From Burkholderiales bacterium (GTDB taxonomy: Bacteria > Bacillota > Clostridia > Christensenellales > SZUA-584), in the NCBI GenBank assembly GCA_050260375.1, contig JBLNCA010000007.1:1597-65596 (forward strand): a DNA stretch of 64,000 bases, given 5' to 3'. The translations under genes and the position numbers were made by a program. Of the stretch, positions 63,891-64,000 are shown piece after piece; position 1 is the first letter of the stretch, and each line of letters begins with the position of its first letter. The notes under the pieces are model-generated. The model had not been told where the DNA came from and ran no database searches. It saw only the letters and a program-made list of their open reading frames with translations.

Positions 63891-64000
63891 TTACCCCTTG
63901 TATACGCTGATATTGCCCGAATCGACGGACAGCTTTACAAGCTCTCCCCCGCCGTTGCAGCTGCCTTTTAAGCTGCCGCGGTCTATGCCGCCGCTCACCA
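63891..64000 (-). CDS. 3' end of a gene whose start is outside the window (Gly/Ser-rich beta-repeat-like tail)
   Basis: My minus-strand translation reads ...VSGGIDRGSLKGSCNGGGELVKLSVDSGNISVYKG then TAA TAG, followed by a GC hairpin. Only 36 codons are visible, so no family call. Confidence 0.4.
   Translation of the reverse strand, partial: VSGGIDRGSLKGSCNGGGELVKLSVDSGNISVYKG

Overview
This 64-kb window comes from a spore-forming, PolC-type Bacillota chromosome with Clostridia-like gene order. It is almost entirely core housekeeping.

Minus strand, in coordinate order:
- a hemZ-like gene, an MBL hydrolase, dtd, relA, recJ and secDF
- the conserved polC-ispG-rseP-dxr-cdsA-uppS-frr-pyrH-tsf-rpsB block
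- two tandem LCP genes
- U32, mltG, a ylbF-like gene and RNase J
- a cupin and a nucleotidyltransferase/PGM-like fusion
- hslVU, trmFO, topA, dprA and comM
- a GtrA/GT39/GT-C membrane glycosylation trio
- yraN-rnhB-rbgA and rplS

Plus strand: only a gerB-C-A type germinant-receptor operon, one small hypothetical gene, and an eight-gene translationally coupled shikimate/Phe/Tyr operon.

I saw no rRNA, tRNA, CRISPR, transposase, integrase, phage or recognisable defence genes. I cannot support a novel multi-gene protein system here. The unusual signal is non-coding:
1. A very dense family of ~40-bp hairpin repeats. By eye I count about 20 units at 12 loci. Some form tandem arrays, some lie in frame inside genes or supply stop codons, some are fused to Shine-Dalgarno sites. 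The stems show compensatory changes, and the element has a fixed polarity relative to transcription.
2. A second, composite GC-hairpin repeat family at 26.4 kb and 63.5 kb.
3. A promoter, a 33-codon Phe/Tyr-rich leader ORF and an intrinsic terminator in front of the aromatic operon. This is a candidate ribosome-mediated attenuator.
4. Structured leaders upstream of rpsB and rplS.

I re-derived start codons by hand where the longest-ORF track over-extends (rpsB, rplS, hslV, hslU, topA, RNase J, comM and others). No folding program, alignment or database search was available. All family assignments rest on motifs I can read in the translations, and all RNA structures are hand-paired.
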